Shown here in pieces: positions 1 to 11,655 of a DNA stretch of 52,302 nucleotides. The notes under the pieces were generated by a model, which did not search any database, was not told the DNA's origin, and saw nothing but the letters and a program-made list of their open reading frames with translations. Source of the DNA: Octopus bimaculoides (Eukaryota); assembly GCF_001194135.2 (NCBI RefSeq), contig NC_068988.1, positions 66,542,188-66,594,489 on the forward strand, read 5' to 3'. The translations under genes were made by a program, and so were the position numbers. Positions within the stretch are counted from its first letter, which is position 1. Each line of letters opens with the position of its first letter.

Positions 1-212
1 TGAAATCGAAATCGAGTTAAATTGGACACTAAACTCCACTTGTGAAGACCTGTTGAGGCAAGTGAAATCGAAATCGAGTTAAATTGGACACTAAACTCCA
101 CTTTTGAAGAAATGTTAAGGCAAGTGAAATTGAAATTGAGTTAAATTGGAAACTAAACTCCACTTGCGAAGACATGTTGAGGCATGTGAAATCGAAATCG
201 AGTTAAATTCGA
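1..212 (+). repeat. 62-bp tandem repeat (3 full copies plus the start of a 4th) inside the family A 5' region
   Basis: TGAAATCGAAATCGAGTTAAATT restarts at 1, 63, 125 and 187. Confidence 0.9.
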
Positions 213-2012
213 CGACTGGCACCCATGCCAGCGTCGTCTCCTTCATTGGGATACGAAACTCAGCTTGCGAAGACTTATTGGGGCAAGCGAAATCGAAATC
301 ATGATGGCACCTGTGCCCAGCATCGCCTTTCTTGCTTTTGTGCCTGCAGCATGTGTAAGGACTTTTGAGCGAGATCATTGCCAGTGCCCCTAGACTGGCT
401 CCTGTGTGGGTGGCACATAAAATACACCATTTTGAGCATGGCGGTTGCCAGTACCGCCTGACTGGCCTTTGTGCCGATGGCACGTAAAAGCTCCCACTAC
501 ACTCTCTGAGTGGTTGGCGTTTTAGGAAGGGCATCCAGCCATAGAAACTCTGCCAAACGCTGTGCGTGAGAAGACCTGGCAAGCCAAGTGAGACCTAAAT
601 CTAAGGCCTCAGCCAGTCCACTTATGCGTACCTTCCTTCATTGGACACGAAACACCATTTGCGAAGACCTGTTGAGGCAAGTGAAATCGAAATCGAGTTA
701 AATTCGACGACTGGCACCCATGCCAACATCGTCTCTTTCATTGGGACACATAACTCAGCTTGCAAAGACTTATTGGTGCAAGCGAAATCGAATCCGTGAT
801 GGCACATGTGTAAGGACTTTCGAGCGAGATCGTTGCCAGTGCCCCTGGACTGGCTCTTGTGCGGGTGGCACNNNNNNNNNNNNNNNNNNNNNNNNNNNNN
901 NNNNNNNNNNNNNNNNNNNNNNNNNNNNNNNNNNNNNNNNNNNNNNNNNNNNNNNNNNNNNNNNNNNNNNNNNNNNNNNNNNNNNNNNNNNNNNNNNNNN
1001 NNNNNNNNNNNNNNNNNNNNNNNNNNNNNNNNNNNNNNNNNNNNNNNNNNNNNNNNNNNNNNNNNNNNNNNNNNNNNNNNNNNNNNNNNNNNNNNNNNNN
1101 NNNNNNNNNNNNNNNNNNNNNNNNNNNNNNNNNNNNNNNNNNNNNNNNNNNNNNNNNNNNNNNNNNNNNNNNNNNNNNNNNNNNNNNNNNNNNNNNNNNN
1201 NNNNNNNNNNNNNNNNNNNNNNNNNNNNNNNNNNNNNNNNNNNNNNNNNNNNNNNNNNNNNNNNNNNNNNNNNNNNNNNNNNNNNNNNNNNNNNNNNNNN
1301 NNNNNNNNNNNNNNNNNNNNNNNNNNNNNNNNNNNNNNNNNNNNNNNNNNNNNNNNNNNNNNNNNNNNNNNNNNNNNNNNNNNNNNNNNNNNNNNNNNNN
1401 NNNNNNNNNNNNNNNNNNNNNNNNNNNNNNNNNNNNNNNNNNNNNNNNNNNNNNNNNNNNNNNNNNNNNNNNNNNNNNNNNNNNNNNNNNNNNNNNNNNN
1501 NNNNNNNNNNNNNNNNNNNNNNNNNNNNNNNNNNNNNNNNNNNNNNNNNNNNNNNNNNNNNNNNNNNNNNNNNNNNNNNNNNNNNNNNNNNNNNNNNNNN
1601 NNNNNNNNNNNNNNNNNNNNNNNNNNNNNNNNNNNNNNNNNNNNNNNNNNNNNNNNNNNNNNNNNNNNNNNNNNNNNNNNNNNNNNNNNNNNNNNNNNNN
1701 NNNNNNNNNNNNNNNNNNNNNNNNNNNNNNNNNNNNNNNNNNNNNNNNNNNNNNNNNNNNNNCCATTTGAGCATGATCGTTACCAGCATCGCCTTGCTGT
1801 CACTTGTGCCAGTGGCACGTGAAAAGACATTTGAGCGAGGTCATTGCCAGTGCTGCCGGACTGGCTCCTGTGCAGGTGGCACATAAAATACACCATTTTG
1901 AGCGTGGTGGTTGCCAGTACCACCTGACTGGCCTTCATGCCGGTGGCACGTAAAAGCACCCACTACACTCTCGGAGTGGTTGGCATTAGGAAGGGCATCC
2001 AGCTGTAGAAAC
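1..2012 (+). mobile_element. Head-to-tail array of 'family A' SINE-like elements (core GCACCCACTACACTCTCNGAGTGGTTGGCGTTAGGAAGGGCATCCAGCTGTAGAAAC), interrupted by an N gap at 872-1762
   Basis: The core occurs at about 490-550 and 1955-2012. 5' modules repeat at 187-300 and 675-790. The same sequence recurs at 23088, 29961 and 43303. Confidence 0.8.
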
Positions 2013-2695
2013 TCTTTCTCATGTAAAACAATCTTGAAATAAAAGCAACGTCTAAAAGAACAAAGCAACATTAGTTTTTTACCTGTTTTTATTTCTGTAC
2101 ACATTATATAGGACATACCCTGAACAGGAAATTTTCCCAATCAATGTTTGTGTATGCATTTGTGACTTAGATATTTTCATAACATGGATGGGTATCTGAC
2201 ATCCACTTGGTATAGTCAATTTACTTTGATCATTACACAGACAGACAGAAAGACAGACAGATATACGAAATTGAAAGAGAGTGAAAAGATAGCAGAGGTG
2301 TTAGAGCATTGACTACATCTTGTAGAATTTGTTTCAGCTCTCTGTACCCTGAATTCCAGTCCTGCTAAAGCCAACTTTGCCATTAATCTTCTGAGGGGCA
2401 ATAAACACAACACCAGTTTAAGACTGTAGATTGATGAAATTATTGGAAATATCACATGAAATTCTTTGATGTAGTTATTCCAGATCTTTGCATTCTAGGA
2501 TCAAACTTGCCAACTTACTTGAGTCTCTGAGTCCCATAGTTCCACCAATTGTGGTGTCATTGTTAAGCATTGGCAACAAGTCTAATATAATAAGAGATAA
2601 CCTATTAAGCACTAATGAACTCACAAATCTAAGGTGGTGTGAATTCAGAGAAGGACAATGTATCCAGAGATGGTAATAGGTTTTACATATTAAAC

Positions 2696-3053
2696 CAGTG
2701 GTTCTCAACCGGAGTCCATATGGCTCTTGTGGGTCCATATCAGATTTTGCAGGGTCCACGCAACAAAATAATAAATTGGGGATCCACAACAGTGCTTTAA
2801 GTGCCCTTGAAAAAATTTTGCTTTAGATAAATGTATTGATATGTATTGCAAGAAACAGCTAGGTCTCTTTCTCTAACATTTTACTTTGTTCAATCAACAC
2901 AGGTTGATATGCAAAAAAAACTTAATAGCAATTTTGAAAGAAGTTTCTATAAAATTAGTTTGTAACCATCAAATAGCTATGGGGGTGGGGACCATCCGAA
3001 TAAAATAGTAATCAGAGATGCCCATAGATAAAAAAAATGATTGAAGATCTCTG
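2696..3053. mobile_element. hAT-superfamily MITE
   Basis: Left TIR CAGTGGTTCTCAACC and a degenerate right TIR GATTGAAGATCTCTG. The 8-bp TSD is TATTAAAC (2688-2695) / TATTAAAT (3054-3061). Confidence 0.75.
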
Positions 3054-3151
3054 TATTAAATAATATTCAATAGGATTAAGATTAAATTTACTTCAATTTC
3101 ATGTCAAAATCTTCAACTCAGTATTTGTATGCATCTGTGTATTTATTACAG

Positions 3152-3317
3152 GGCATGGCCTACCTCCAAGGCAGTGATATCAAGAGTCATGGTAACTTGA
3201 AGAGTTCCAACTGTGTCATCGATAGCAGGTTTGTGTTGAAAGTCACAGATTTTGGTCTTCACTCGCTGCGAGAACACGATTATACTGCTGAAACGGACAC
3301 CTATGCTTATTATAATA
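3152..3317 (+). CDS. Internal exon of a receptor (membrane) guanylyl cyclase, natriuretic peptide receptor-like; kinase-homology domain subdomains VI-VII
   Basis: Acceptor ttattacAG at 3150-3151 and donor GTAAGT at 3318. Reads [55 protein letters not shown] plus 1 nt. [17 protein letters not shown](F/Y)GL is the NPR-A/B-type receptor GC signature. Confidence 0.95.
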
Positions 3318-4529
3318 GTAAGTATTGTATCTATACTTCACATCTGATCCCCTATTCTTCTCTCTCTCTTCCATATCCATAGATACATTCATATATATAT
3401 ANNNNNNNNNNNNNNNNNNNNNNNNNNNNNNNNNNNNNNNNNNNNNNNNNNNNNNNNNNNNNNNNNNNNNNNNNNNNNNNNNNNNNNNNNNNNNNNNNNN
3501 NNNNNNNNNNNNNNNNNNNNNNNNNNNNNNNNNNNNNNNNNNNNNNNNNNNNNNNNNNNNNNNNNNNNNNNNNNNNNNNNNNNNNNNNNNNNNNNNNNNN
3601 NNNNNNNNNNNNNNNNNNNNNNNNNNNNNNNNNNNNNNNNNNNNNNNNNNNNNNNNNNNNNNNNNNNNNNNNNNNNNNNNNNNNNNNNNNNNNNNNNNNN
3701 NNNNNNNNNNNNNNNNNNNNNNNNNNNNNNNNNNNNNNNNNNNNNNNNNNNNNNNNNNNNNNNNNNNNNNNNNNNNNNNNNNNNNNNNNNNNNNNNNNNN
3801 NNNNNNNNNNNNNNNNNNNNNNNNNNNNNNNNNNNNNNNNNNNNNNNNNNNNNNNNNNNNNNNNNNNNNNNNNNNNNNNNNNNNNNNNNNNNNNNNNNNN
3901 NNNNNNNNNNNNNNNNNNNNNNNNNNNNNNNNNNNNNNNNNNNNNNNNNNNNNNNNNNNNNNNNNNNNNNNNNNNNNNNNNNNNNNNNNNNNNNNNNNNN
4001 NNNNNNNNNNNNNNNNNNNNNNNNNNNNNNNNNNNNNNNNNNNNNNNNNNNNNNNNNNNNNNNNNNNNNNNNNNNNNNNNNNNNNNNNNNNNNNNNNNNN
4101 NNNNNNNNNNNNNNNNNNNNNNNNNNNNNNNNNNNNNNNNNNNNNNNNNNNNNNNNNNNNNNNNNNNNNNNNNNNNNNNNNNNNNNNNNNNNNNNNNNNN
4201 NNNNNNNNNNNNNNNNNNATATATATATACATGTGTATAAGAAGGGATGACCACTAGGTGGACATCCAATATGCTAGAAAGAGGGACCTCTTTCTAGCAT
4301 ATTTCAATATTATATAGAATTACAATGTTATATAAAATATATAATATTGTAAAGGGAAGGAGAGAAAAAAGGCATTGGAGAAGTGATGCCTACCCGGCAC
4401 GCATGCAAGGATAAAATAAAATTTTATTTAATAAATATATTCTCACGGTGGTGCACCAGCATGACCGCAGCCACTTGGCTGAAACACATAAATAAAAATA
4501 AATAAAAAAATATAAATTCAGATTTCAAC

Positions 4530-5225
4530 ACAATGACATCAAGAGTAATTTCCCCTGTTTATGCATATGTAAATAAAGAATCAATACATTTTGATTAATC
4601 CGTTCGCCAGTGTTGCAGATAATCAAACCAAAATAATGAGTTTGAGCCATTCACCCAATGAGTATTTCAGCCAAATTTGGTGAAAATCCATTCAGCCGTT
4701 TTCCAATAATTTGCAAACATAAAAAGATGAACAACCACAATATCCTGCTTTCAGTTATGCGCGCAGGGTATGTTATGTTGGCACTCCGTCGCTTACGACG
4801 TCGAGGGTTCCAGTTGATCCAATCAACGAAACAGCCGGCTCGTGAAATTAACGTGCAAGTGGCTGAGCACTCCACAGATATATGTACCCTTAACGTAGTT
4901 CTCGGAGATATTCAGCGTGACACAAAGTGACAAGGCTGACCCTTTGAATTACAGGCACAACAGAAACAGGAAGAAAGAGTGAGAGAAAGTTGTGGTGAAA
5001 GAGTACAGCAGGGTTCGCCACCATCTCCTGCCGGAGCCTCGTGGAGCTTTAGGTGTTTTCGCTCAATAAACACTCACAGCACCCGGTCTGGGAATCGAAA
5101 CCGCGATCCTGTGACCGCAAGTCCACTGCCTTAACCACTGGGCCATTGCACCTTCGCGCGCAGGGTAATAAAATTGATATTTCATAAAATATATGTTATA
5201 TAAAATTAATATTATATAGATATAA
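4530..5225 (+). mobile_element. Possible Helitron/Helentron-like non-autonomous relic that hosts the family C SINE
   Basis: The motif CCAAATTTGGTGAAAATCCATTCAGCCGTTTT (about 4671-4702) and a TATATAGAT-like end resemble HINE/DINE-type elements. This is recall only and the boundaries are uncertain. Confidence 0.3.
4771..5155 (-). mobile_element. Full-length tRNA-headed SINE, 'family C'
   Basis: The reverse complement of the 34753-35139 copy. Perfect 12-bp TSD GCGCGCAGGGTA at 4759-4770 and 5156-5167. Confidence 0.9.
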
Positions 5226-6245
5226 AAAGCAGCTTTTGGGTGTTGGGTCTCATAGAGGCAATGACAAATGACTGAGAAGAAGAACCATTGAGACAAGTGA
5301 AATCATAGTCCTTGCAGATACTGGTGTCATGGAACCGGCACATAAATGCGCCCATTACACTCTCAGAGTGGTTGGTATTAGAAGCAATACCAATTCAGAC
5401 TGGAATCTGGTGCAGCCCCTCAGCTTACCATCCTTGGTTAAACTGCCCAACCCATGCTGGCATGGACAACGGACGTTAAATTAAAAAGAAAGAAAAAAAA
5501 AAGAAAGCTGAAAATATATATAATATTACATAAAATTACAATATTATATAAAATTAATATTAGAAAGAAACTGGTTTCATATTTTGGTTGAAGGCCAATG
5601 AAGAGCAGTGTTGACTTCTGGAATTTAAACTCAGAAAGTAAAGATGGACAAAACGCCACTAAGCATTTTGTCCATCATGCTGATGAGCCTGACAGCTCAC
5701 TGCCTTTATTTTGTATAGATATTGTTAACATTATTATGATCTGAGATTGATTGATTATTTGGCTGGTCAATAGCCTTTCCTTTTACTGAAAACATATTTC
5801 TTCCCTATTTTTTTCTTCTTCTCTCCTCTCTCTACATTCCCTATTATTTCTCTCTTCCTTTCTCCTTCTCTCTCTCTCTCTCTCACACACACAACAACAA
5901 TTTTATTTATTTATTTAATTTGTGAATAATTTAACTTATTTAAACATGTGAAATCTGAATAATCTAAATTAGAGTTAAACGTAAACCTACTAGAAGCTCT
6001 CTCAATCTTTCTTTTCATTATTATTATTATTATTATTTCAAATTTTGGTGCAAGGTCAGCAGTTTCAGGGGAGTGATAAGTCGATTACATTGACCCCCAA
6101 TGTTCAACTGGTACTTATTCTATTGACCCCAAAAAGATGAAAGGCCAAATCAACTTCGGAAGAATGTGAGCTTTTAGATAAAGATAGACAAAATGCTGCT
6201 AAACATTTTGCCCAGCATGCTAATGATTCTGTCACCTCACCACCC

Positions 6246-6300
<55 letters not shown>

Positions 6301-6369
6301 CACTGTTTAACCTACAATGATTAGATGTCACAATAGAAGGTGCTGAGTGAGGAGTAGTAAAATAAGATA

Positions 6370-7545
6370 ATTTCAAAGTTAGAAATTCAAAGAGTATACT
6401 TTGTAAAGTTCTTTTTACGTGTAGAGAATAAGGAAGATTATACCATGTTATCTTTTTCCAATTTTTCCTATTACCAAATATTAGTTGAGTATTGTTATTT
6501 GGATGACAACAAGCCTCTCTATTTGCTGTAGATGATAAGTTAACAGTTAACATTTTAACAATATTATTTAATCAAGAGAATTATTAGAATTTTATTGGTT
6601 TATTAATAATATTAATATTCTACCACTCTAAGTTATATATACTACAATTATTGTTGCTACAATGCTAATGATTAATATATGATATCTGTGTTCTACTTTT
6701 ATGCTTGGAAACACTAGTAACGTTTGAGTGTACTTATTGACAAACAGTCTCTGCTTTTTATTTTCTCTGTTTATTATTTATCCGAGCATTTACATATGTT
6801 GGTAAAATGTTATTGAGATTATTACTAAATGTGTTACATTTTTTTAGATGAAAATTTAGAATTATAGAGATTATCTGTGATTATAGAGGTATTTCTTGTA
6901 TTCCTACCCTTAAGAATCACAGGTTCATCATTAAAGCTTTTATGAATAGTAATGAGAATATTTATTTGATTATGTATCACCTTAAGTTTAGTATTATACT
7001 GTAGATATATCTATCATTGCATTTTAATCACTTCACATGAAAATATCATCTTACTAGGATGTACTGTCATTAAAAATTCTTTCAGTGACTGAAAGATCTG
7101 AAATACTAATTGAAATAATTTTAAATATGTAAGCATCTTTTATAGATTAAGGGTGGTTAGAAATTTTACTTGTATAGTGTAAACTTCCGTTAAGTACATT
7201 ATAGGGATAATAAAGGTTAGAATTTAAATTTAGAGTAGCATCAAGGAAATTAATAATTTTTATATTCTTTCTAAAAGTGATAGAGATTATCATTCCAAAA
7301 TTATTTATTAATGGCATTTTTAAGTTGTCTGATAAACTTAGATAAAGAGCAATAAAAAAACTGTTGTAAAAACCTTAATCATTATAATATAAACTTCCAT
7401 TTATGTAAAGGAAATTTCTATTTCATTTATATAAGAAAAATTATCCTACTAAATCTGTTTCTTGAGCTGAATTAGACAGGCCCATAATAATATCAAAATT
7501 ATGAGAACTGGATTTTTAAGTCTAAGAATAAGTTCTGGAATAAGA
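6370..7545 (-). pseudogene. Decayed Penelope-like element (PLE) reverse transcriptase ORF
   Basis: One minus-strand frame from 7497 down to 7150 reads NFDIIMGLSNSAQETDLVG*FFLYK*...GSLYYND*G...KIINFLDATLNLNSNLYYPY...SNHP*SI, compared with the PLE pattern FDVTMGS.DGAE..ELVG..GLYRDDG..FLDVT..SNHP. Downstream KKITWYNLPYSLHVK (6445-6425) resembles the PLE IIWFNPPYSKNVK motif. It contains multiple stops. Confidence 0.8.
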
Positions 7546-9104
7546 TTAGTGTATTTCTAACTGTTAATATTAAGCACATATACAAAGCAGTGACCTGGCA
7601 GAACTGTTGGCACACCGAGCAAAATGCTTAGTGGCACTTTGTCAGTCTTTACATTCTGAGTTGAAATTCCGTCAAGGTCAATTTTGACTTCCATCCTTTC
7701 AAGGTAAATAAAATAAGTATCAGCTAAACATTGGGGTTGATGTAATTGAAATATCCCCTCCCTTCTAAATTGTTGCCCTTGTGCCAAAATTTGAAACCAA
7801 TATTATATACCTGCTTGCAAAGTCTTGTGGGCAAAGGCATGGGTTCAATCCCGCTGTGTGAATACTGTTGGTTGGTGTTTTCTACTATAGCTAAGGGCTG
7901 CCCAATCCTTTCTGATAGAAATTTAGATGTGGAAACTGGAAGAATCACATGGTGCATGAGTACATGCTACTGTGTATGTACATATAAATGTGTGCATGTG
8001 TATGAGTGTGAGTGAGTGAATATATATTCCCCATTCTTGACAGATGAATGTTGACTAGAAGCAAAAGTAGCTATTTGTAGACATGTGTACACATATACAT
8101 ACACACACAAAAGTCTGCCTGTGTGTATGTATGCAAATTTGAGTATGAGAGACAGTTTGGATGCTTGATGTGTGAAAACATAGCAATAAAGATGTCACAA
8201 ACATCCCTGATGCAGTTCTTTACTGAAAAGGAGCAATAAGACCAAAATATGTCCTGCATTGTCACTATAATCTGTCCATGATGAGACTTATATGCCACTA
8301 GTTTAAATTAAACTACATACATACATACATACATACATACATACATACATACACGTATGTATGTATCTATGTCCTTCCATCTGTCCATTCATCCATCTTT
8401 TTCTGTCATTGGTCAATAGTATTGCAGAGGCAGTAACTTAGCCACCTCTGCTGGCTGTGCCTGGGCTGTTTCGAGAAGCATACATCTAGCCCCAAATACA
8501 CTTACCCACTCTTCACTCAGGAAAACACATCACAAAGGAAAGACCAGTCAACACATTCACAACATCCATGAAGCTCCAGGGAATGCCAGATGCATAGCTG
8601 TCTAATGATCTCTCCCCACAGATTTTCTTTGTGAGTTTTCACCCTTAGCCTTTTTTAAATACTCAACAAATTGCCCACAAGGCAGCAGAGGTATATTATA
8701 ATAGACATGGTTCATGCAGAGCTGATCCCACTCTGTTGTCTTTCAAATTTGTATTGATCTGGTGCAACAAGTGTCACAAGCCCAATAGTTATCAGGATGC
8801 AGGCTTTGTATAGAGTTCTTTTAGATGAGCAGTTAAAGAGATGAAGGATCTTATCTTCCTTGAGTCCATTGAAATGTTTGTGAGTGGCCCCCTTCCAGTG
8901 ATGATTCTGTGACATGCCAATTAATCCATAGGTAGGACTTTGACCAGAACTACTACTCTGGGACAGGGTAGACCTAAAAACAATAGTGGCAAAGAGCTAC
9001 TACCACACTCCTCACCCTAACCCTAGTTATCAGAACCCTAGGACCCTTGAACCTGAGTTCCGCAACCGGATGTAGTTTATTTACAGTCATACTCATGTAG
9101 GAGC

Positions 9105-9300
9105 ACTCATGCTGGTGGCATGTTAAAAGCACACAGCAAATTCTGTAAAGTGGTTGGTGTTAGGAAGAGCATTCAGTTATAGAAACCAGGCCAAGTCAGA
9201 CTGGAACCTGGTGCAGCTTCCCAGCTTCCCAGCTCTGGTCAAACCATCCAACCCATGCCAGCATGGAAAACAGACAAAACATGATGATGATGATGATGAT
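9105..9300 (+). mobile_element. Family A SINE 3' portion with (GAT)n tail
   Basis: GTGGTTGGTGTTAGGAAG core, then CCCATGCCAGCATGG, then (GAT)n. Confidence 0.8.
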
Positions 9301-11024
9301 ATATAACAAAAGTGGAAAGTGGAAACTGTTTTTGATATTAGTCTCTATTACACATGTTTCATTTGCTAATAGGAATTACAAGATTTTACATGTTAGACAT
9401 GTAAAGAATTGTCTATTAGAAATTCTTCAAACAGAGAAAAAAATTATGTCTGTGTGTGTTGCATAATCATTTTCTGCTAATCCTTCTCTCTCTCTTTCTT
9501 TCTCTCTCTCTCCCTTCTTCTCTCTTTTGGTCTCACCTATTCTTTCAATATTCAATTTTCCAACTTCTCTTATTCTTTTACCTCTTCTTCCCTTATTTGT
9601 TCTATTTCTCTCCTCTCTTTCTACATCTCTATCATTTATATCTTCCTTTCTTTCTCTCTCTTATAATCACACCCACATCCACACCCACACAGAGTATATA
9701 CATGTATGTGTGACTGCATAAGTGTATGTATTAGCTTATACATGTGATGTGTTGTAAGATGTTCCACTGTACACGATGTAGCAGGCATCTAAATGTCTAT
9801 GTATGTTTGTATGGTGTTTATGTATGTGTATATGAACTTGTACATACATACATACACATACGCACCCATATATATAACCACATATATGCATATAAAATGG
9901 TACCATTGTGTATATTACATCAGACTACAGATGGCAAATTACATATTTATAAACAAGCACATAAAAACACATGCATGTGTGTCGTGTACACACATACACA
10001 CACACACATATATATAAATGTGTATACATGTGTATTTATATATCTGTGTGTGTTTTTTTGGGGGGGTGCACATATGTATGAGTACATGTATTCATACATA
10101 CATACCATACAAACACATGCATAGACATTTAGATTTATGCGCATACAGATAATGATCTCAATCAACGTCTCTCTATCTTCCCACCTTCGCTCACTCCCAT
10201 CCTGTTTCCGCCCTCTCTCTCCCTCTCCCCCCTCTCTCCCTCTCCCCCTCTCTCCCTCTCCCCCCTCTCTCTCTCCCTCTTTCCCTTTCTCTCTCTCCAT
10301 ATTTATGTATGTATGTATGTACGCCTCTACTTCTCTCTCCATCCCTATGTTATAATTATATCCATCAATCAATGCTACAGCCAGTAATTCCTGTGTGAAG
10401 TTCTGTTGAATATATTGGTAACTGATGAGAGGGGATAGTTTTGGTCACACTTAACAATTCCAACAATAGCAACAACAACAACAACCACAGAAATCAATTT
10501 ACTCTCAACAGCAACAGCAACAACAACAACAACAACATGTATTATACATTACTTGTTTGGTTCCATTTATTTTTCTTATTCAGTTAGTTTTCATTAAGTT
10601 TGGGTTGTATAGGTCTGGAATGATACATATTGACATGGTTAAATACATGGTTTTACAGTTGCCCTTCCATCTGACCAAAGAGGAACAAGGTTATTTGGAG
10701 TCATCTTTGTTGTTTTCCAAATACATCATACATACTATATCTTATACACTACAGACACCTCATATTACATACAAGACATACCACAACCATTACATCACAT
10801 ACACTAGACATACACTACCGTCTACATCCTATACACTGCACACTACATCCAATGCACTACACATGCTACGCATGATATACTATGTCTTATACACTGTATA
10901 TATGATATGCATTCACCACACAACTTACCACATACTATATTCCACACAGTCATACAGAGGACACCATACATACTGTATCCCACACACCACACATATAACA
11001 TCTTGATTGTGATCATGCAGATGT

Positions 11025-11655
11025 AGGCATGGGCGTGTGGTAAAAGGTTTACTTTTCAACCACAGTTCTAGGTTCAGTCGCACTGCATGGCACCTTGGGC
11101 AGGTGTCTTCTACTATAGCCTCAGGCCAACCAAAGCCTTGTGAGGGGATTTGGTGGACGGAAACTGAAACAAGCCTACATACATACATGTGTGTGTGTGT
11201 GTGTGTCTTTGTGTTTGTACCCCCTCCATTGCTTGATAACCAATGTTGATGTGATTACATCCCTGTAACTTAGTGGTTCAGCAAAAGGCCAATAGAATAA
11301 GTACCAGGCTTAAGAAGGCGGCAATCTGGCACAATCGTTAGCATGCCGGGTGAAATGCCTAGCGATATTTCGTCTGCCGTTACGTTCTGAGTTCAAATTC
11401 CACCGAGGTCAACTTTGCCTTTCATCCTTTCGGAGTCGATAAATTAAGTACCAGTTATGCACTGGGGTTGATGTAATCGACTTAATCCCTTTGTCTGTCC
11501 TTGTTTGTCCCCTCTATGTTTAGTCCCTTGTGGGCAATAAAGAAATAAGAATAAATACCAGGCTTTAAAAAAATAAGTACTGGAGTTGATCAATTCATTT
11601 AACTAAAATTCTTCAAGGCAGTGCCCCAGTATGGCCAGATTCTAATGGCTGAAAG
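11025..11655 (+). mobile_element. tRNA-headed CORE-like SINE 'family B', split by a nested family D insertion
   Basis: Head GGCGTGTGGTAA...GGTTCAGTCGCACTGCATGGCACCTTGGGCAGGTGTCTTC, then a central TG microsatellite and the tail CCCCAGTATGGCC...AAAGATAAAAG. Confidence 0.85.
11312..11547 (+). mobile_element. 'Family D' SINE (central motif GCCTTTCATCCTTTCGGAGTCGATAAATTAAGTACC) nested in family B
   Basis: 18-bp TSD AGAATAAGTACCAGGCTT (11294-11311) / AGAATAAATACCAGGCTT (11548-11565). Confidence 0.88.

Noticed and set aside
37-80. Family A hairpin followed by GAAA as a possible hammerhead
   Set aside because: There is no CUGANGA upstream of the stem and no valid stem III/UH; kept only as a structured module.
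1-212. Regularly spaced 62-bp repeats resembling a CRISPR array
   Set aside because: The whole unit repeats with no unique spacers, there are no cas genes, and the context is a eukaryotic SINE.
720-1886. Long ORFs of 300-388 aa (also at 3243-4269, 29429-30081, 30859-31661, 33879-34512, 42471-43551 and 46471-46845)
   Set aside because: They are open only because they run through N gaps; the flanking residues are SINE or microsatellite translations.
3101-3382. 93-aa ORF as a complete small gene
   Set aside because: Only 3152-3317 is exon; the rest is intron read-through past the splice sites.
6500-7550. AT-rich block initially resembling a mitochondrial insertion (NUMT)
   Set aside because: No mitochondrial gene motifs; the minus strand matches PLE RT motifs instead.
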